Assembly: GCA_029880385.1 (NCBI GenBank)
Contig: JAOUOM010000001.1
Span: 1-32,850, forward strand
Length of the DNA stretch: 32,850 nt
Source: Cyclobacteriaceae bacterium
GTDB lineage: Bacteria > Bacteroidota > Bacteroidia > Cytophagales > Cyclobacteriaceae
Direction: 5' to 3'
In this document: positions 17,884-27,604 of the stretch, one piece after another
How positions within the stretch are numbered: position 1 is the first letter of the stretch
Layout of the letters: the number at the start of each line of letters is the position of its first letter
The notes under the pieces: generated by a model
Told to the model about the DNA's origin: nothing
Database searches by the model: none
What the model saw: the letters and a program-made list of their open reading frames with translations, nothing else
Program-made: the position numbers and the translations under genes

Positions 17884-19533
17884 ATGAAATTTTTCCTCTC
17901 CCCTGTTATTATTTTATTTGTTTCGACCTGGTGCATAGCGCAAATTGAGCCCGCCCCCCCACGTTCGCGCGGGGAAGGACCTTATTCACAACTCATAATC
18001 CGTGGTGCCACCCTGATCAACGGCAACGGGGCACCTCCCATAGGCCCGGTGGATATTGTCGTGGAAGACAACCGGATTGTAAAGGTAGCAATCGTCGGTT
18101 TCCCTGGCGTGGAAATCAACGATAGCAGACGGCCGGTTCTCAAAGAGGGGGGCAAGGAAATTGATGCTTCAGGCAAATACGTTTTACCCGGCTTTATCGA
18201 TATGCACGGACATATAGGCGGAAAAGCACAGGGCACTCCTGCTGAATATGTCTTTAAACTTTGGCTGGCACATGGTGTCACTACCGTACGGGATCCTTCG
18301 GCCGGCAACGGGCTCGGATGGGTACTGGATCACAAAGAAAAGAGCCTTGCAAACAGCATCACTGCCCCGCGTCTATTTGCCTATACTTCTTTTGGGCAGG
18401 ACATCAGTAACGTGCCCGCTACCCGGAACCTGAATGGACAACCCAATAAAAAACCGGTTTCAGAAAAAACAAATGGCGAAATTACCAATGCACAGGAAGC
18501 CCGTGCCTGGGTGCAGGCCAATTACCGTAGGGGTGCGGATGGCATCAAGTTTTTTGGTGCCTCTCCCGAAGTAATGCAGGCTGCTCTTGAAGAAAACAAA
18601 CGGCTCGGACTGGGCTCAGCCTGCCATCATGCACAGATGGACGTGGCCTGGTGGAATGTCGTGCAATCTGCGGAAGCAGGCCTTACGTCCATGGAACACT
18701 GGTATGGTCTGCCGGAAGCCTTGTTTAACGATCGGACCGTACAGGATTACCCGCTCGATTATAATTACCTGAACGAGCAACACCGGTTTACGGGAGCCGG
18801 AAACCTCTGGAAACAGGCCGCCCCTCCTTATTCCGAAAAATGGAACCAGGTAATGGATCACCTGATCTCCCTGGATTTTACCCTGGATCCCACTTTCAAT
18901 ATCTATGAAGCCAGCCGTGACCTGATGCGTGCCATACAGGCCGAATGGCATAATGATTATACCCTGCCATCCCTCTGGGAATTTTATAAGCCGAGCAAAA
19001 TTTCGCACGGATCGTACTGGCATTACTGGGGGACGGAAGAAGAAGTGGCCTGGAAAGAAAACTACCGGTTGTGGATGACGTTTATAAACGAATACAAAAA
19101 CAGGGGAGGTCGTGTGACCACGGGATCGGATTCGGGCTATATCTATCAACTTTACGGATTTGCCTATATACGCGAACTCGAACTATTTCGTGAAGCAGGC
19201 TTCCATCCCCTCGAAATCATACGGTCGGCTACCCTCTATGGTGCACAGGCATTGGGAGTGGATGACCAGTTGGGCACAATTGAAGTCGGAAAACTGGCCG
19301 ACATGGTCATCGTAGATGAAAACCCCCTGCAAAACCTGAAAGTATTATACGGAACAGGCGCAATAAAACTTACCGACGACAACCAGATCATACGTACGGG
19401 CGGGATTCGGTACACGATAAAGGATGGTATTGTCTATGATGCCAAACAATTACTGGAAGATGTACGGAACATGGTCCGGGAGGCTAAAGAAGGAAATGAA
19501 CTGGAAAACCCCGGCTATCCAAACTGGAAATAA
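17884..19533 (+). CDS. Exported metal-dependent amidohydrolase-family protein
   Basis: 549-aa ORF. It has a signal peptide MKFFLSPVIILFVSTWCIAQ, an amidohydrolase metal motif GFIDMHGHIGG, and a C-terminal GTIEVGKLADMVIVDENP motif. Confidence 0.85.
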   Translation: MKFFLSPVIILFVSTWCIAQIEPAPPRSRGEGPYSQLIIRGATLINGNGAPPIGPVDIVVEDNRIVKVAIVGFPGVEINDSRRPVLKEGGKEIDASGKYVLPGFIDMHGHIGGKAQGTPAEYVFKLWLAHGVTTVRDPSAGNGLGWVLDHKEKSLANSITAPRLFAYTSFGQDISNVPATRNLNGQPNKKPVSEKTNGEITNAQEARAWVQANYRRGADGIKFFGASPEVMQAALEENKRLGLGSACHHAQMDVAWWNVVQSAEAGLTSMEHWYGLPEALFNDRTVQDYPLDYNYLNEQHRFTGAGNLWKQAAPPYSEKWNQVMDHLISLDFTLDPTFNIYEASRDLMRAIQAEWHNDYTLPSLWEFYKPSKISHGSYWHYWGTEEEVAWKENYRLWMTFINEYKNRGGRVTTGSDSGYIYQLYGFAYIRELELFREAGFHPLEIIRSATLYGAQALGVDDQLGTIEVGKLADMVIVDENPLQNLKVLYGTGAIKLTDDNQIIRTGGIRYTIKDGIVYDAKQLLEDVRNMVREAKEGNELENPGYPNWK

Positions 19534-19549
19534 GACCAACAACCATCAA

Positions 19550-20536
19550 ATGAAGTACGTACCGTTTTATCTTTTTCTGTTCTTTGGCTTTCAGCGTTGC
19601 ATAGAAGTAAGTCCCAGTAAAGGACCTGCCTATTTTGAGGAAACCAATTCCACCCTTTCCCCTGCCACCACTTCGGGCCAGGAAATAAAAGGTGAAGAGC
19701 AATTTAAACAACAAAACCTGACGCAACAGGATCTGGAAAGGCGCTCGACTAAACTCAAAGAGGCTGAAGCTGACTATACCCGTGACCCCGACAATGAGGA
19801 CAACATAATCTGGTATGGTCGCAGACTGGCCTACCTGGGACGATATCAGGAGGCCATTGCCGTCTATACAGAGGGGCTCAAAAAAAACCCGCAATCTTAT
19901 AAGATTTACAGGCACAGAGGGCATCGTTACATTACCATCCGTCAATTTGACAATGCCATAGATGACCTGCAAAACGCGGCATTTTATGCCAGTAATGCAC
20001 CAAATGAAATCGAACCGGACGGCATCCCCAATTCCTACAACAAGCCCGTGAGCAATATAAAATGGAACATCTGGTACCACATGGGCCTTGCCTATTACCT
20101 GAAAGGGAATTACGACAAAGCCATTTCGTCATACAAAAAATGCATGGAATATACCAACAACAATGACCTGGATGTGGCCACAACAAACTGGCTTTATGCC
20201 ACCTACCGGAAAATTGGCAATACCGATGCAGCAGATGCGCTAGCCTCCATTATCCCTAGCCGCATGCGCCTAATTGAAAACCGGGGCTATCATGACCTCA
20301 TCATGATGTACCGGGGTTTTGTGAGTCCGGATATTCTGATCCGAAGAAATACTGAAAACAATGAGCTCAATGCCACCATCGGATATGGCATTGGAAACTG
20401 GTACCAGTTGAACGGCCAGAAAGATAACGCGCGTGCAGTGTTTGAAAAAGTTACCAGCTCGACTCAGTGGGATAGTTTTGGCTACCTGGCAGCTGAAAAG
20501 GAACTAAAAAACATGAACTCATCCGGCCTGCAATAA
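19550..20536 (+). CDS. TPR-repeat protein with signal peptide (possible lipoprotein)
   Basis: The track ORF 19424-20536 overlaps the upstream gene. The plausible start is MKYVPFYLFLFFGFQRC (ATG 19550), 17 nt after the amidohydrolase stop. TPR-like repeats are present (YGRRLAYLGRYQEAIAVYTEGL, MGLAYYLKGNYDKAISSYKKC). Confidence 0.75.
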   Translation: MKYVPFYLFLFFGFQRCIEVSPSKGPAYFEETNSTLSPATTSGQEIKGEEQFKQQNLTQQDLERRSTKLKEAEADYTRDPDNEDNIIWYGRRLAYLGRYQEAIAVYTEGLKKNPQSYKIYRHRGHRYITIRQFDNAIDDLQNAAFYASNAPNEIEPDGIPNSYNKPVSNIKWNIWYHMGLAYYLKGNYDKAISSYKKCMEYTNNNDLDVATTNWLYATYRKIGNTDAADALASIIPSRMRLIENRGYHDLIMMYRGFVSPDILIRRNTENNELNATIGYGIGNWYQLNGQKDNARAVFEKVTSSTQWDSFGYLAAEKELKNMNSSGLQ

Positions 20537-20541
20537 GCACC

Positions 20542-21444
20542 TTATTCCATCATTTCCAGTTCCTTTTTAAGCTGGATCAGCCTGTCGGGGAAATCCGTAA
20601 TGATGCCATCCACGCCCATGTTGAGCATAACGATCATATCTTTGCGTTCATTAACCGGATAGGCATAAACTTTATATCCCTTTGCATGCATGCGAAATAC
20701 CCTTCGCGGCGAAAGGGTCTTGTAATGGGGATTTAACGCCATCAACTGACCGGATTTTTCAGAACGCCCCAGGTGCATCCTGCTTTCCACATAAAAAGCA
20801 ATCAGCGGAGCCGAATCCTCTCCCACAAGCATCTGTTTGGTTTGCACATGCTCGTCATAGGCATGAGCCTCCTCCAGGTATTTTTCTTCATACGACTGCA
20901 AAATCACCCAGTCAAAACCATTTTCTTCCTGACGGATCACGTCAACGAGTTTCTGTGCAAAATCATCATAATGAGGATGATCCATGTGCTTGATTTCAAT
21001 CAACACCCTGCACTTTCCCCCAACCAAATCCAGTACTTCCCTCAGCGTGGGCACCCTTTCCTCTTTAAATTTGGAATCAAACCAGCTACCGGCATCCAAT
21101 TGCCTTATTTCCTCTAATGTATAATCATGCACATTACCCGTACCGCTGGTCGTCCTGTCAAGTGTCTCATCATGGATTACCACAATTTCTTCATCTTTGG
21201 TATTACGAACATCCAGTTCAATAATATCCACACCCATCGTAAGTGCCAATTGAAAAGATGCCAGTGTATTTTCCGGTGCCAACCCGGAAGCTCCCTTATG
21301 GGCAATTATCTCAAAATCCTTCTTTTTAATATTCTTCAAATTTCGACTCGCCGTAATGTTTTGATGAAGCCAGGGTTCAAATAACGCCATGGCCAAAAAC
21401 AATAACATAAACGGGGTAGAATACAATAAAAATTTCTTTGTCAT
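20542..21444 (-). CDS. Glycerophosphodiester phosphodiesterase (GDPD family), exported or membrane-anchored
   Basis: 300-aa ORF with IAHKGASGLAPENT, ELDVRNTKDEEIVVIHDETLDRTT and an N-terminal hydrophobic segment. Confidence 0.88.
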   Translation of the reverse strand: MTKKFLLYSTPFMLLFLAMALFEPWLHQNITASRNLKNIKKKDFEIIAHKGASGLAPENTLASFQLALTMGVDIIELDVRNTKDEEIVVIHDETLDRTTSGTGNVHDYTLEEIRQLDAGSWFDSKFKEERVPTLREVLDLVGGKCRVLIEIKHMDHPHYDDFAQKLVDVIRQEENGFDWVILQSYEEKYLEEAHAYDEHVQTKQMLVGEDSAPLIAFYVESRMHLGRSEKSGQLMALNPHYKTLSPRRVFRMHAKGYKVYAYPVNERKDMIVMLNMGVDGIITDFPDRLIQLKKELEMME

Positions 21445-21495
21445 GTTGTTTGTGAGCTAATTTCACATAAAAGTACAAAACATTCCATTTCCAAA

Positions 21496-23250
21496 CTAAT
21501 CGCGAAGGTCGAGTTTGATCTGCAATTCTTTCATTTGCTCATCAGCCACAGGAGATGGGGAATCGATCATCACATCACGTCCCGACGTATTTTTGGGAAA
21601 GGCAATAAAATCGCGGATACTATCCTGCCCTCCGAATAACGCACATAGCCGGTCAAACCCAAACGCAATACCTCCATGCGGCGGTGCCCCGTATTTAAAT
21701 GCCCCTAACAAAAATCCAAATTGTGCCTGAGCTTCCTCCCGCGTAAAGCCCAGCGCATCGAACATTTTTGACTGCAGGTTTTTGTCGTGGATCCGGATAG
21801 AGCCACCGCCTACTTCCACCCCATTGATCACCATGTCATAGGCCGAAGCCTTGATTTCACCCGGAGCTGTGTCCAATTTGTCCATATCCTCGGGCTTGGG
21901 CGAAGTAAAGGGGTGGTGCATGGCATGGTAGCGTTGTGATTCTTCGTCCCACTCCAACAGTGGAAAGTCAATCACCCACAAAGGAGCTACCATTTCCTTA
22001 TCGCGCAATCCAAGCTGACTACCCATTTCAAGCCGCAGTTCATTCAGTGCCTTGCGGGTAGCGGCTGTTTCCCCTGCAAGGATCAGCAACAGATCGCCCG
22101 GACTTGCTTCAAATCGTGCCGACCAGCCAGCCAGGTCATCGGCAGAATAAAATTTATCTACCGAAGATTTAAAAGTACCATCTGCCTGGCACCTCACGTA
22201 TACCAGCCCTTTGGCACCGATTTGGGGCTTTTTCACGAAATCAGTCAGCGCGTCAAGTTGTTTTCGCGTGTATTCCGATCCACCGGGCACATTGATGCCT
22301 ACGACCAGCTCGGACTGGTCAAACACACCAAATCCTTTTCCCTGTGCCAGGTCCGTCAATTCATGAAATTCCATTCCAAAGCGGATATCTGGCTTATCGG
22401 AGCCATATTTTTTCATCGCCTCATCATAGGTCATATGTGGCAATTCGCCCAGTTCTATTCCCTTTACTTCTTTGTACAGGAAACGGATGAGCCCTTCAAA
22501 TGTGGACAGGATGTCGCTTTGCTCCACAAACGCCATTTCACAATCAATTTGCGTAAACTCAGGTTGCCTGTCGGCCCTCAAATCCTCATCACGAAAACAT
22601 TTTACAATCTGATAATACCTGTCAAAGCCAGACACCATCAGCAGTTGCTTGAATGTCTGGGGGGATTGCGGCAACGCATAAAACTGACCGGGGTTCATTC
22701 GGGAAGGCACAATAAAATCCCTGGCTCCTTCCGGGGTTGACTTGATCAAATAGGGAGTTTCTACTTCTATAAAATCCTTTTTATCCAGGTATTCCCTCAC
22801 CTTCCGATTGATCAGGTGGCGTAGTTCCAGGCTTTTTCTGACCGGATTTCTCCTCAAATCCAGGTACCGGTACTTCATCCGCAGGTCTTCCCCTCCGTCG
22901 GTTTCATCCTCAATCATAAAAGGTGGCACCTCCGAGGGGTTGAGGATTTTCAAATCCTTCACTTTTATTTCCACATCGCCGGTAGGCAATTTGTCATTTT
23001 TCGAAACACGCTCGATCACGGTACCTGCGGCTGTCAGCACAAATTCCCGGCCTGTTTTTTTGGCCGTTTCCAGTGCCTCCGGTGTAGAGGAGCCCTCCTC
23101 AAACATCAGTTGTGTAATGCCATACCGGTCTCTCAGGTCAATCCAAACCATCCCTCCCTTGTCGCGGATGCGCTGTGCCCATCCTGTAAGTGTGACTTCC
23201 TGTCCGATTTGCCCGGCCCTTAATTCCCCGCAAGTATGTGTTCTAAGCAT
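21496..23250 (-). CDS. aspS: Aspartate--tRNA ligase
   Basis: The ORF runs 21496-23307. The start is chosen at [24 protein letters not shown] (ATG 23250), matching the canonical AspRS N-terminus. Class II motifs are [18 protein letters not shown] and GGGSIRIH...GFDRL. Confidence 0.95.
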   Translation of the reverse strand: MLRTHTCGELRAGQIGQEVTLTGWAQRIRDKGGMVWIDLRDRYGITQLMFEEGSSTPEALETAKKTGREFVLTAAGTVIERVSKNDKLPTGDVEIKVKDLKILNPSEVPPFMIEDETDGGEDLRMKYRYLDLRRNPVRKSLELRHLINRKVREYLDKKDFIEVETPYLIKSTPEGARDFIVPSRMNPGQFYALPQSPQTFKQLLMVSGFDRYYQIVKCFRDEDLRADRQPEFTQIDCEMAFVEQSDILSTFEGLIRFLYKEVKGIELGELPHMTYDEAMKKYGSDKPDIRFGMEFHELTDLAQGKGFGVFDQSELVVGINVPGGSEYTRKQLDALTDFVKKPQIGAKGLVYVRCQADGTFKSSVDKFYSADDLAGWSARFEASPGDLLLILAGETAATRKALNELRLEMGSQLGLRDKEMVAPLWVIDFPLLEWDEESQRYHAMHHPFTSPKPEDMDKLDTAPGEIKASAYDMVINGVEVGGGSIRIHDKNLQSKMFDALGFTREEAQAQFGFLLGAFKYGAPPHGGIAFGFDRLCALFGGQDSIRDFIAFPKNTSGRDVMIDSPSPVADEQMKELQIKLDLRD

Positions 23251-23364
23251 GTTTTCTTTTGGTAATAGTATGTGGCGCAAATCTCCTTTGTTCGGTGATA
23301 AATTCAAAGGTTTATCCTAGCATCATTCGTATTAGTTTTGCTTTTACATCCAAAGGCACAAAAC

Positions 23365-23925
23365 ATGAACCACATTCGATTCGGACTCTTCACCACTTTC
23401 CTGCTGGTAGTTACGCTTTCATATTCGCAGGGAAAACTCGTCAGGCAAAAGATCAATTCATCGATTTCGATGCTGATCGCTTCTGATTTTTTTCCCATGG
23501 AAACCGAAAAGCAACAGGCAAAATACCTGTCGGACAGGACACCCCTGGCCATGTACAGTACCCCTGACGCAGCGGTGGATCTGGGCATTAATGTGAATAG
23601 TTCTGCCTGGGAAGAAACGGACATGTCGATCATCCATCAGTTTTACAAGGCTAATCTTTTGCAACTTTTTGACGAAGTACGCTGGATCCAGGACACGGTT
23701 ATCCAGGTAAAGGGACGGACGTTTGCCCGTTTTGAACTGGAAGGTACCATACTCGACGAAAATGCCTCGTTCAAAGGCCAAAACAGTATTACAAAATACC
23801 TGTTTGTCCAATACACACTCTTCGACAACAAAATTTTATTGTTTCATTTCAACAGCCCCATCGGCCGAAAGGACTATTGGAAAGAAAGCGTTTTGATCAT
23901 GATGGACAGTATTTCGATCAGGTAA
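23365..23925 (+). CDS. Hypothetical secreted protein, no recognisable family
   Basis: The ORF runs 23338-23925. The likely start MNHIRFGLFTTFLLVVTLSYSQ (ATG 23365) gives a signal peptide. The stop is separated from the tadA ATG by a single nucleotide (TAA A ATG). Confidence 0.6.
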   Translation: MNHIRFGLFTTFLLVVTLSYSQGKLVRQKINSSISMLIASDFFPMETEKQQAKYLSDRTPLAMYSTPDAAVDLGINVNSSAWEETDMSIIHQFYKANLLQLFDEVRWIQDTVIQVKGRTFARFELEGTILDENASFKGQNSITKYLFVQYTLFDNKILLFHFNSPIGRKDYWKESVLIMMDSISIR

Positions 23926-23926
23926 A

Positions 23927-24379
23927 ATGGAATTGGATCTATACAGCGATGAATATTACATGAAGCAGGCACTCTTGCAGGCTCAGCAGGCGTATGATGA
24001 AAAAGAAATTCCTGTAGGTGCGGTAATTGTAGCCAAAAACCGGATCATCGCCCGGGCCTATAATCAGGTAGAAAAACTCCATGACGTGACCGCACATGCC
24101 GAAATGATAGCACTCACATCAGCCCAGAATTACCTGGGGGCCAAATACCTGGATCAGTGTACACTCTACGTGACACTAGAGCCCTGCACCATGTGTGCGG
24201 GGGCCCTGTACTGGAGCCAGATCGGCAGAATAGTCATTGCAGCACGTGATCCAAGCCGGGGCTTTAGTCGTCTTAGCCCTCCCGTTATCCACCCAAAAAC
24301 AGAGGTATCCTACGGGTTGTTGGAATTTCAGGCAGAAGCCCTGATCAAGGATTTTTTCAAAAAAATGAGGACGAAATAA
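23927..24379 (+). CDS. tadA: tRNA-specific adenosine deaminase
   Basis: 150-aa ORF with CDA-fold zinc motifs HAEMIAL and PCTMCAGAL. Confidence 0.92.
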   Translation: MELDLYSDEYYMKQALLQAQQAYDEKEIPVGAVIVAKNRIIARAYNQVEKLHDVTAHAEMIALTSAQNYLGAKYLDQCTLYVTLEPCTMCAGALYWSQIGRIVIAARDPSRGFSRLSPPVIHPKTEVSYGLLEFQAEALIKDFFKKMRTK

Positions 24380-24465
24380 TCAAAAGGGCTCCTATTATGA
24401 AACTTCGCTCTGGTTTCTGTGTTTTATTTGTATAACTTTTAATTTTATTACCTAAACAAACTACT

Positions 24466-25071
24466 ATGGCATTTGAATTACCCAATTTACCTTATGCGTT
24501 TGATGCGCTGGCACCCCATATTGATGCTAAAACGATGGAAATCCATCACGGCAAGCACCACAATGCCTATGTGACCAATCTTAATGCAGCCATTGCCGGT
24601 ACCGAAATGGAAGGCAAGTCCATAGAAGACATTTGCCGGCAACATACGGACGTGGCTGCTGTACGTAATAACGGTGGAGGCCACTACAATCATTCAATGT
24701 TCTGGACGATAATGTCCCCCAATGGTGGCGGAAAGCCTGCGGGCGATTTGGCGGCAGCAATTGATAGTGCCTTCGGGTCGTTTGACGGGTTCAAAGATGC
24801 ATTCAGCAAAGCAGCTGCTACACGCTTCGGATCCGGATGGGCCTGGCTATGCGTACATGCAGGCGGCAAAGTCGACGTTTGCTCAACGGCCAATCAGGAC
24901 AATCCCCTTATGCCTGGCCAGGGATGCGGGGGAACGCCCATATTGGGACTGGATGTATGGGAACATGCCTATTACCTGAATTATCAAAACCGACGGCCCG
25001 ATTACATTGCTGCATTTTTCAATGTGATCAATTGGGACGAAATAAACAAAAGATTTGTAGCTGGAAAATAA
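24466..25071 (+). CDS. sodA: Superoxide dismutase, Fe/Mn family (Mn-type signatures)
   Basis: 201-aa ORF with HHGKHH and [20 protein letters not shown] and ANQDNPL favour the Mn subtype. Confidence 0.93.
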   Translation: MAFELPNLPYAFDALAPHIDAKTMEIHHGKHHNAYVTNLNAAIAGTEMEGKSIEDICRQHTDVAAVRNNGGGHYNHSMFWTIMSPNGGGKPAGDLAAAIDSAFGSFDGFKDAFSKAAATRFGSGWAWLCVHAGGKVDVCSTANQDNPLMPGQGCGGTPILGLDVWEHAYYLNYQNRRPDYIAAFFNVINWDEINKRFVAGK

Positions 25072-25096
25072 AATCTACAGCAAATACCTGGTAAAA

Positions 25097-25125
25097 AAAG
25101 CCTGCTTTCCGGTAGGCTTTTTTAT
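25097..25125 (+). terminator. Intrinsic terminator after sod
   Basis: AAAGCCTGC-TTTCCG-GTAGGCTTT hairpin followed by a T-rich run. Confidence 0.7.
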
Positions 25126-25134
25126 TTTTAGTTT

Positions 25135-25638
25135 GTGATTGATGAATTACTGGAACCATACAGGGAGAATTTAGGTCCACACTACCCCACCTATCGAAAC
25201 CACGCACATCGTGTATATGAATATGCACGTATCTTTTGCCTGCAAAATGAAAGCATTAAACTACAACTATGCGCAGCTTTCCATGACCTGGCTATCTGGA
25301 CAGGCAATTCCATGGATTATTTACATGATTCTGCTGAAATCGCCCGTGCCTATACCGAAACAAATCAACCGTATATTGTTAGCGACGAAATTGTTTTCAT
25401 TATAAAAAACCACCATCGTCTACGTCGCATAAAGGGTCATCTGGAAGGCGAATCCTTTCGGAAAGCCGACCTGATCGACCTTTCTGCTGGCTTGATTCAT
25501 TTCAATATCCCACCTTCGCTTATACGGGAAACAGAATCAAAATTTCCCCGTCTGGGATTTACCAAACTCATATTGAATTTAACCTTTCATTGGGCGTTGC
25601 GGCACCCCTACAGGCCTTTTCCCATGATCCGAATTTGA
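25135..25638 (+). CDS. HD-domain metal-dependent phosphohydrolase-family protein
   Basis: 167-aa ORF with H...HD...H...D spacing (NHAHRV, AAFHDLA, IKNHHRL, KADLIDL). Confidence 0.7.
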   Translation: MIDELLEPYRENLGPHYPTYRNHAHRVYEYARIFCLQNESIKLQLCAAFHDLAIWTGNSMDYLHDSAEIARAYTETNQPYIVSDEIVFIIKNHHRLRRIKGHLEGESFRKADLIDLSAGLIHFNIPPSLIRETESKFPRLGFTKLILNLTFHWALRHPYRPFPMIRI

Positions 25639-27063
25639 TTTATCTGCATTATATATGGGCAGATAGACATGAAAAATTGTTCCGGATTGAGATGTCTCAA
25701 AATTTAGGGTGCCACCATGTTCCTCTATAATTCCTTTTGAAATCGACAACCCCAGCCCCGTTCCCTTCCCTACCTCTTTGGTTGTAAAAAAAGGATCAAA
25801 AATAAACGGCTGATCCTTTTCAGGTATTCCTTTCCCCGAATCACTTATCTGGACATGAACCCGGTCAGATTCTTCTATTTCGGTGGCAACACCTATTTTC
25901 CCATCCCCTTCGATCGCCTGTATGGCATTTGAAAGCAGGTTCATGAATACTTGCGCGATTTTTCCTTCGTTTCCGTATACAATGGGCATTTCGCCATATT
26001 TCTTCTCTACCACTATCCGGTCTTCCAGCTTATTGTTCAGCAAGGTGAGCGTCACATCAAGACTTCTCAATATATCAAAGGGCAAAAATTCAACAGATTG
26101 ATTACGTGAATAAATATTCAGGCTTTTGACAATCTCAGCTGTACGTCGCGCACCTTCATTTACCGTATATACCAATTGCTCAAATTCTTCCTTTAATACA
26201 TCGTATTTAATCTTCTCCTTATATCTTCGTATACTGCTCAGACTGTCTTTTACCTCATCAGAAACACTGGGATTTGACGATATACCAATTTCACATTTAG
26301 TCCGCAATTGCTCGAGCATCAAAATTTCATCCTTCAGTTTCAGTAATTCATTGCTACTTCCTTGTAAAAAATTTACCGGATTATTAATTTCATGCGCAAT
26401 CCCTGCTGTTAATTGGCCTAACGCTGCGAATTTTTCTGATTCGATCAGTTTCTGGGTTGTAAGCTTCACATCCTGAATCGATTGTCGCAATTTTTGGTTT
26501 GATTTTTTTACGAAATACCGAAACAGAAACATGAAATAAAGACTTACGGAAAAAATATACAGGTGATTAAACATATCAAATACAGGTCTGTACTCCACGG
26601 GTATCAAATTTATGTAGGAATATCCCGTGTAATACATTAATCCAAACCCGATGATGCTAATCACAGACAGGCTGACAAAAACGTAGCGATCCTTCCTTTC
26701 ATAATAGAAAAAACTTAAGGCAGGCCCCAAAAGTAAATGAGGAACCATTGCCGAGTGGATTCCTCCTGTGTAAACTACCTGATAAAAAAAACCAAAAAAA
26801 GTAAGCAAAACAGACAACCGGAACGTCCATAATTCGCCAAGGCGAAAATTCATAGAAATACGAAGCAAATAAAAAGCTATAAAAAGTACAATCGCAAGGT
26901 ATACCAATGGATAGACACTCATCAATACATAAAATAAACCGTAACTAGCAGAAGAGATCAATGCAGCCAGGGAAAGCTTCAGGTAAAGCTTTTTTTGGTA
27001 AACAGGTTTAAATCCATCATGTCCTTGTTTTGATCCTGCCAACGAAGTGCCTTGAAATGTCAC
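25579..27063 (-). CDS. Membrane sensor histidine kinase (six predicted TM helices, no large periplasmic loop); paralog of 27993-29447
   Basis: 494-aa ORF. The N-terminus is polytopic with a TGGIHS motif. It has an H-box LGQLTAGIAHEINNPVNF and a long DHp inter-helix insert ending in RTAEIVKSLNIYSR. HATPase_c boxes are LLSNAIQA, DSGKGIP and GTGLGLSISKGIIEEHGG. Confidence 0.9.
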   Translation of the reverse strand: MTFQGTSLAGSKQGHDGFKPVYQKKLYLKLSLAALISSASYGLFYVLMSVYPLVYLAIVLFIAFYLLRISMNFRLGELWTFRLSVLLTFFGFFYQVVYTGGIHSAMVPHLLLGPALSFFYYERKDRYVFVSLSVISIIGFGLMYYTGYSYINLIPVEYRPVFDMFNHLYIFSVSLYFMFLFRYFVKKSNQKLRQSIQDVKLTTQKLIESEKFAALGQLTAGIAHEINNPVNFLQGSSNELLKLKDEILMLEQLRTKCEIGISSNPSVSDEVKDSLSSIRRYKEKIKYDVLKEEFEQLVYTVNEGARRTAEIVKSLNIYSRNQSVEFLPFDILRSLDVTLTLLNNKLEDRIVVEKKYGEMPIVYGNEGKIAQVFMNLLSNAIQAIEGDGKIGVATEIEESDRVHVQISDSGKGIPEKDQPFIFDPFFTTKEVGKGTGLGLSISKGIIEEHGGTLNFETSQSGTIFHVYLPIYNADKSNSDHGKRPVGVPQRPMKG

Positions 27064-27111
27064 AAATTATTTTTTTCCTAAAATTACAAAACATTATTTA
27101 TTGAAAAGGAA

Positions 27112-27600
27112 ATGAAACCTGAGAGGGAGCTACAAAAAGCACGAAATGAACAAAAGGCAAATCGAAAACTTGTCGATGAGTTAAAAAAACAAAAGCCCAA
27201 AAAACTGGACGATCTTTTTTATCATGCACATGATGTAATATTTGGGCAAATCGATTGCCTGGAATGTGCCAACTGTTGTAAAACCACAAGCCCTCCTTTT
27301 ACCACTTCAGACATTAACCGGATTAGTAAGCACTTAAGGCTAAAGCCGGGTAATTTTATTCAAAACTTTTTATATGTAGATAACGAAGGGGATTATGTAC
27401 TCAAAACCACACCCTGCCCCTTCCTAAAAAACAACAACAAATGTGAAATTTATGAAGAAAGGCCTTCTGCATGCCAAGGCTACCCACATACCAATAGAAA
27501 AAGAATTCATGAAATTTTAAACCTAACCCTAACCAACTCGCTTATTTGTCCGGCTGTGGCTGGAATTTTAGAATTAATCAGGAAAGACAGAAAATCCTAG
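27112..27600 (+). CDS. YkgJ-family cysteine-cluster protein (CxxCxxCC putative Zn/Fe-chelating domain)
   Basis: 162-aa ORF with CLECANCCK...TPCPFL...KCEIYEERPSACQGYP, the characteristic Cys pattern of this family. Confidence 0.8.
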   Translation: MKPERELQKARNEQKANRKLVDELKKQKPKKLDDLFYHAHDVIFGQIDCLECANCCKTTSPPFTTSDINRISKHLRLKPGNFIQNFLYVDNEGDYVLKTTPCPFLKNNNKCEIYEERPSACQGYPHTNRKRIHEILNLTLTNSLICPAVAGILELIRKDRKS

Positions 27601-27604
27601 CCTT

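Noticed and set aside
18616-20080. Long antisense ORFs 18616-19149(-) (177 aa) and 19484-20080(-) (198 aa)
   Set aside because: They are embedded opposite the amidohydrolase and TPR genes. Their translations are Pro/Arg/Gly/Phe-rich without motifs, signals or start context.
22222-23320. Two long antisense ORFs (172 and 170 aa) opposite aspS, reminiscent of sense/antisense aaRS coding ideas
   Set aside because: Their composition is Ser/Arg/Phe-rich and low-complexity, with no motifs. Long antisense frames are common opposite highly expressed genes with biased codon usage. Nothing in the sequence supports expression.
25900-26480. The about 70-aa insert between the H-box helix and the second DHp helix in both membrane kinases as a novel domain
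   Set aside because: This extended HEINNPxNF ... R...IV..L..(F/Y)SR spacing is, to my recollection, typical of a widespread kinase subfamily. It is not evidence of novelty by itself.
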